From contig CAWJQC010000006.1 in NCBI GenBank assembly GCA_963844965.1, forward strand, positions 32,001 through 96,000: DNA of 64,000 nt, in the 5' to 3' direction. A program made the position numbers and the translations under genes. Of the stretch, positions 59,546-64,000 are shown in pieces. This DNA comes from an uncultured bacterium. Its GTDB lineage: Bacteria > Patescibacteriota > Minisyncoccia > UBA6257 > 2-01-FULL-56-20. The notes under the pieces were generated by a model. That model was not told where the DNA came from. It made no database searches and worked only from the letters and a program-made list of their open reading frames with translations. Position 1 is the first letter of the stretch. The number at the start of each line of letters is the position of its first letter.

Positions 59546-60041
59546 ATGGACATATTCGCTTCGGTTAAGGACGTTATGATAAAGAAGGTGGTAACCGCCG
59601 CGTCTGACACGCCGCTGATTGAGGCCGTAAACCGCATGCTGGCCAACAAGTATCTCCGGGCTTCCTGTGGTTGATAAGAACAACAAAGTTATCGGGATTG
59701 TCACTGAATACGACATAACGACGAAAGGATCTCTCGCGAATCTAACGACGTATGTGAGGCTTCTGCAAGAGTCGCGTGTGTACAAGCACGGACACGAGGA
59801 AGATTCTATTTTGGGCAGCATAAAAAGGGTGCTAAGCGCAACCGTGGGCCAAGTAATGAATCCCGAGCCGTTGGTCTTGAAACAAGATGCCTCCATCAAT
59901 CAGGCGGTGCAGACATTTGTTGAACACCACAGCGTAAACCCGATACCGATCGTTGACGACGCCGGCAAGCTGGTCGGCGTTTTAAGCAGGCACGACCTCA
60001 TAAAACTTTTTTATATTTCATCCGTTCGTCCCGGCAAGTAG
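59546..60041 (+). CDS. CBS-domain pair protein, frameshifted near 59655
   Basis: 'MDIFASVKDVMIKKVVTAASDTPLIEAVNRMLANK' then shifts (tatctccggg) into 'SGLPVVDKNNKVIGIVTEYDI...' with a second CBS 'VNPIPIVDDAGKLVGVLSRHDL'. Confidence 0.6.
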
Positions 60042-60353
60042 ATCCGAAATACAGCATGGCTAAAAAATAAGGCCCTTCCGCAAGGGAAGGGACCTATTGA
60101 GTGTGGCGCGTTTGCGCCGAAGAGTTTGCCCGGCAATACGCTGGGCGTATTAGTGCGAACTTTTCAGTTGTCAGTGAGCCTAATTTAATGATAGCCAAAC
60201 CCGTTAACCCGTCAAACCCCGCCCTGTGGATAACTTTTTATATCATAAATCAGTCATTAATTAACGAGTTAAAGAGCTAACGAGTTGAAAAACACAATCC
60301 AACCAACCCGTGAACTCGTTAACGCGTTAACTCATTAATCAAAAATTTATAAC

Positions 60354-61088
60354 TTACCCGTTCTCGCTCGTCGGGGCTTTTTCAACTTTGAGCGTGCCGT
60401 CATCCTCAACCGTCACAAAAAAGAAAATGTTGGAGTTGCCGCCAGTTGTAAGCGTAAATTGGGTATCATCTTCCGAAACGACGAATACCACCTCCTGATT
60501 GTCATAACTTTCCTGTGGGCCAAGCTGCGCACCGCCACTCGTGGAAAATTGAAATTGTAAGGTGTCCGGCGGCGTCATATCCCCTTCCTCGTTGAGGAGA
60601 CGGCGGATTGTGAGCCCGACATCTTTATAGTCATTGGTCGGATTGGAAATTTTCAGATATAAAGTCAAAGCATCAACAACTTCGTCCGCTTTTCTGTATG
60701 CCCCGCTTGAAGCGTTGAAAACCGGCAAATTACCAACCATTCTTTCGCCCAAGGTAACACCCATAAGAGAAAAATTCACTTCGTCTTCGGTCCAAGAAAC
60801 AGGATAAGGATAAGCGAAATACGCCGATTTCACGGATGACGTCGCAGCCTGCGCCGGAGTGGAGGTCACGACCTGCGTCGTAGAAGATGCCGTCTGGGGT
60901 GCATTTGCGGCCGGCGCCGATTCCTGATTCTCGGCTGTCTCCCCGACGGTTATATTTTCAACCGTCCGGCCTCTTACAAATAAAATTATAATAACGCCCA
61001 GAAGCAGAATGACGGCGATGGATAAAATACGTATGAGTATTTTCTGCCCGTGAACCTTGTTTTCGTCCATAATTATTGATTCTACCAA
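60354..61088 (-). CDS. Hypothetical membrane-anchored extracellular protein (244 aa)
   Basis: TM helix 'ILIRILSIAVILLLGVIIILFV' followed by a Thr/Ala-rich linker. Confidence 0.5.
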   Translation of the reverse strand: MVESIIMDENKVHGQKILIRILSIAVILLLGVIIILFVRGRTVENITVGETAENQESAPAANAPQTASSTTQVVTSTPAQAATSSVKSAYFAYPYPVSWTEDEVNFSLMGVTLGERMVGNLPVFNASSGAYRKADEVVDALTLYLKISNPTNDYKDVGLTIRRLLNEEGDMTPPDTLQFQFSTSGGAQLGPQESYDNQEVVFVVSEDDTQFTLTTGGNSNIFFFVTVEDDGTLKVEKAPTSENG

Positions 61089-61103
61089 AATGGCTAATCA
61101 GCT

Positions 61104-62315
61104 TCAAATTTTCACCCTAAAGAAGTTTTTCTTGCCGATCTTCACGATTTCGCCGCCCTCTAAATCCAACCATTCGGCCGAATCTTTCTTGACAACGCCA
61201 CCAATCTCAACCGCGCCCTGCTCAATCAAACGGCGCGCTTCGCTCTTGCTTTTCGCAGCACCCGAAGCGAGGACGATATCCAAAACAGCCGCACTGCTTT
61301 TTATTTTCAGTTCCGGCAAATTTGCCGGCATTTCTTTTTTGGAGAAAACTTCTATAAATTTTTCACGCGCGGCGGCAGCGGTTTCTTTTCCGTAAATCGT
61401 CTCAACAACAACCTCGGCGATATCCAATTTCGCGTCGCGCGGATTCAATTTCCCGGAAGCAACGCCCTTGCGTAATTTTTCCAAATCGGCAAGCGGCATC
61501 TCCGTGCAAAACTCGGCGACGGGGAACATGGAAACGTCGTCAAACGCCATAACCTTGCCGAAGATATCTTCGGGCGCGTCATCAAGATTTATCATTCCGC
61601 CCTCGCTCTTGTTCATCAGTTTTTTTCCGGTCTTCGGATGCTCGAGTAGTTTTGTCGTGAGGACGAACTTTTCTTTGTTCTTGTAGATTTTCATCAGGTT
61701 GCGGCCGACAAGCATATTGAAGGTCTGGTCTGTGCCGCCGATTTCCATATCCACGTCAAGCGCGACGGAATCGTATCCCTGCATCAAGGGATAAGAAAAT
61801 TCGCTGACGGCAATCGGTTTGCCGGCCTTCAGCCGCTCGCTGAACATATCGCGTTCAATCATTTGCTGAACGGTAACGTTCGCGGAGAGTTTGAGCCAGT
61901 CGGCGAGGTTCATTTTGGCCAGCCACTTGGAATTAAAGGCGGTTTTCGCGGCGTTTTCGCCGCCAAATCTGATGATTTTGCCGACCTGCTCCCTAAATGT
62001 CCTCATATTTTCGGCAACCTCTTTTTCAGTAAGTGCTTTCCTCGTCGCAAGTTTGTCCGTCGGGTCGCCGATGCGGGCGGTGAAATCGCCGATGAGGAAT
62101 ATTATCTCATGTCCGAGCGCCTGCAGTCTCTTTAGAACCAAAAGGTTTGTGAGCTGGCCCAAATGCAAATGCGGGCCGGTAGGGTCAACGCCAAGATAAA
62201 CGCGGAGTTTCTTGCCAGAAAGCAAAACCTTCTCCGGCGCCTCCCGCGATGGGTATACTTTATCAACCGAACGCTCAAGGACTTCCTTTATTTTTTCCTC
62301 GGCGGTTCTCATCAC
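61104..62315 (-). CDS. tyrS: Tyrosine--tRNA ligase
   Basis: 'HLGQL' (HIGH-class) and 'KMSKS'-like 'KLMNKSEGG' motifs, with a C-terminal S4-like domain. Confidence 0.9.
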   Translation of the reverse strand: MMRTAEEKIKEVLERSVDKVYPSREAPEKVLLSGKKLRVYLGVDPTGPHLHLGQLTNLLVLKRLQALGHEIIFLIGDFTARIGDPTDKLATRKALTEKEVAENMRTFREQVGKIIRFGGENAAKTAFNSKWLAKMNLADWLKLSANVTVQQMIERDMFSERLKAGKPIAVSEFSYPLMQGYDSVALDVDMEIGGTDQTFNMLVGRNLMKIYKNKEKFVLTTKLLEHPKTGKKLMNKSEGGMINLDDAPEDIFGKVMAFDDVSMFPVAEFCTEMPLADLEKLRKGVASGKLNPRDAKLDIAEVVVETIYGKETAAAAREKFIEVFSKKEMPANLPELKIKSSAAVLDIVLASGAAKSKSEARRLIEQGAVEIGGVVKKDSAEWLDLEGGEIVKIGKKNFFRVKI

Positions 62316-62359
62316 AAAAACTTTACCACGAAACCGCTTTTTATTAAAATCTAACTTAT

Positions 62360-63217
62360 ATGGGCATACTACTTGCTGTTACCGCGTTGTTTTCGTGGGG
62401 CCTCGGCGATTTTCTCATCCAACGAAGCACAAGAAGGTTCGGCGATTGGGTGGCGCTATTTTACATCGCGGCTTTTGGGACCATTATCCTATTCCCTTTC
62501 GCCTATCCAAATCTTAGGACCGCTCTTGAAAACCATCCAACTTTGTTGCTGGTTGCCTGCCTTGTTCTTTTACTTGCCGCCCTGTTTGATTTTGAAGCAA
62601 TGCGCATTGGCAAGATCTCCGTAGTGGAACCGATTTACGCTTTCGAAATACCCATCGCTGCATTCCTAGCAGCATATTTCATTAAAGAGCTGCTTACGCC
62701 AGAACAGATCTTTTTCACGGCAACTTTAATAGCGGGCATCTTTCTTGTTTCTGTTCGCTCGTTTTCCTACCTCAAAAATATTCACCTTGAAAAGGGTGTG
62801 TGGTACGCCGCCGTCGGCACTATTGGCTTGGGAGCATCCAGCTTTCTTTTCGGCTTGGGGTCGCGAGAAACAAGCCCTCTTGTGATCAACTGGTTCACGG
62901 ACGCCTTTCTCACAATAGCGACCGTTTTTTATTTGGCGGCTACTTCTCGGCTCGGAGAAATCAGATCCGGTTTTAGGAACAACAAGCGGCTGATCCTGAA
63001 TGTCAGCTTCTTTGACAAGCTCGCGTGGGTTACGTTTTCTTATGCGACGCTTTTTATCCCCATCGCGGTCGTGACCGGCATCAGCGAGGGATATATCGCT
63101 TTCGCGGCGGGATTGGGACTGTTATTCAACAAGGAAAGGCTCCGACTTCACCAGTGGATCGGCCTCATTCTCGCAACGATTTCCGTGATACTCCTTGCAT
63201 TCGTCACCGTGGGATAG
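62360..63217 (+). CDS. EamA/DMT-family transporter
   Basis: Ten predicted TM helices in two EamA-like halves. Confidence 0.7.
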   Translation: MGILLAVTALFSWGLGDFLIQRSTRRFGDWVALFYIAAFGTIILFPFAYPNLRTALENHPTLLLVACLVLLLAALFDFEAMRIGKISVVEPIYAFEIPIAAFLAAYFIKELLTPEQIFFTATLIAGIFLVSVRSFSYLKNIHLEKGVWYAAVGTIGLGASSFLFGLGSRETSPLVINWFTDAFLTIATVFYLAATSRLGEIRSGFRNNKRLILNVSFFDKLAWVTFSYATLFIPIAVVTGISEGYIAFAAGLGLLFNKERLRLHQWIGLILATISVILLAFVTVG

Positions 63218-63325
63218 GTGTAAAACCACTTTGAACTCCTGATAATCTAGCGATGACCCACAGAAAGTAAACACACCGCCGAAAGGGCGGCACGGACGTA
63301 GCGGAGAGCGCGCGGAAATGGGATT

Positions 63326-63925
63326 CTATTTATGATTCTTGATAATCTGGTCAATGATGCCGTATTCTCTGGCCTCTTCCGCTGAAAGCCAAAAGTCGCG
63401 GTCGGTGTCTTTCTCTATTTTCGCGAGCGGCTGGCCGGTATGCTTTGCCAAAAGCTGGTTGATCTTCTCCTTGGTCTTGATGATCTGTTTTGCCGCGATT
63501 TCCACCTCCACTGCCTGCCCTTCGGCCCCGCCCATAACCTGGTGCAAAAGCACTTCGGAATTCGGCAGAGCCAAACGCTTGCCCTTCTCGCCGGCGGCCA
63601 AAAGGAACGCTCCCATGGAGGCCGCGATGCCCACACACATCGTCGCCACGTCCGGCTTCACATATTGCATTGAATCGTAGATTGCCATCCCGGCCGTAAC
63701 CGAGCCACCCGGAGAATTGATGTAAATCTGGATATCTTTCTTCGGGTCCTCGTGCTCCAAAAACAAGAGCTGGGCGATCACCGTGTTCGCCACCGGATCA
63801 GTGATTGGCCCGCCCAAGAAGATAATGCGTTCTTTGAGCAGGCGCGAATAAATATCATAAGCCCGCTCGCCGAATTGCGATTTCTCTATGACCGTCGGGA
63901 TTAAATATTGATCGAATTCATCCAT
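63326..63925 (-). CDS. clpP: ATP-dependent Clp protease proteolytic subunit
   Basis: '[16 protein letters not shown]', catalytic '[11 protein letters not shown]' Ser, and the His/Asp region. Confidence 0.9.
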   Translation of the reverse strand: MDEFDQYLIPTVIEKSQFGERAYDIYSRLLKERIIFLGGPITDPVANTVIAQLLFLEHEDPKKDIQIYINSPGGSVTAGMAIYDSMQYVKPDVATMCVGIAASMGAFLLAAGEKGKRLALPNSEVLLHQVMGGAEGQAVEVEIAAKQIIKTKEKINQLLAKHTGQPLAKIEKDTDRDFWLSAEEAREYGIIDQIIKNHK

Positions 63926-64000
63926 AGTTGTAATTATAAAGGTTTTTAAAATTTAAATCAATTTCCAAAAACCGCCGAATCATCAAATTCGGCGGTTTTG

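Noticed and set aside
1-64000. CRISPR arrays, reverse transcriptase/DGR components, toxin-antitoxin pairs
   Set aside because: I looked for regularly spaced direct repeats, RT motifs (YxDD) and small paired ORFs and found none. The only periodic repeats are the coding tandem repeats in the Cys-rich gene and the hairpin families noted above.

Overview
This 64 kb window (about 55% GC) is dominated by housekeeping genes of a small-genome bacterium: pgm-like, dut, ftsK, recA, pnp, rpsO, gyrA, rpsA, ddl, smpB, ssrA, ftsH, tyrS, clpP. The gene content is consistent with a Patescibacteria/CPR-like organism, but that is inference, not a database result. Interleaved with these genes are several unusual loci.

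- A 30 bp perfect 'coding palindrome' (tccgccaaaggcggatccgcctttggcgga) and two relatives are inserted in-frame into recA (once) and pnp (twice).
- A 5 kb minus-strand cluster holds six paralogous T4SS-pilin-like proteins. It also encodes a cysteine-rich tandem-repeat protein fused to a pilin domain, and a pilin-fused VirB1-like lytic transglycosylase.
- A tmRNA gene is followed by a direct repeat of its own 3' end, an IS3-family element with an A_AAA_AAG frameshift site, and a large serine recombinase whose 3' end overlaps tRNA-His.
- Two tRNA-rich zones contain intact tRNAs (Phe, Pro, Arg, Val, His, Gly, Leu, Ile-UAU) alongside tRNA halves, a tRNA-Gly nested inside a split tRNA-like gene, and a tRNA-Val pseudo-copy carrying a 36 nt hairpin insertion in its T-arm.
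- Large FN3/SH3b surface proteins are present, one of them flanked by an 80 bp duplication of the neighbouring gene's 3' end.
- gyrA is flanked by matching inverted TTTTCAATTTTCAAT hairpin repeats.
- Many single-nucleotide, mostly homopolymer, frameshifts interrupt essential genes (dut twice, ftsK, pnp twice, rpsO, and a CBS-domain gene). One NUDIX gene has a TAA exactly at its catalytic Glu codon. These are most likely sequencing errors, but pseudogenisation cannot be excluded from sequence alone.

All calls rest on motifs read directly from the translations or DNA; no searches were run.
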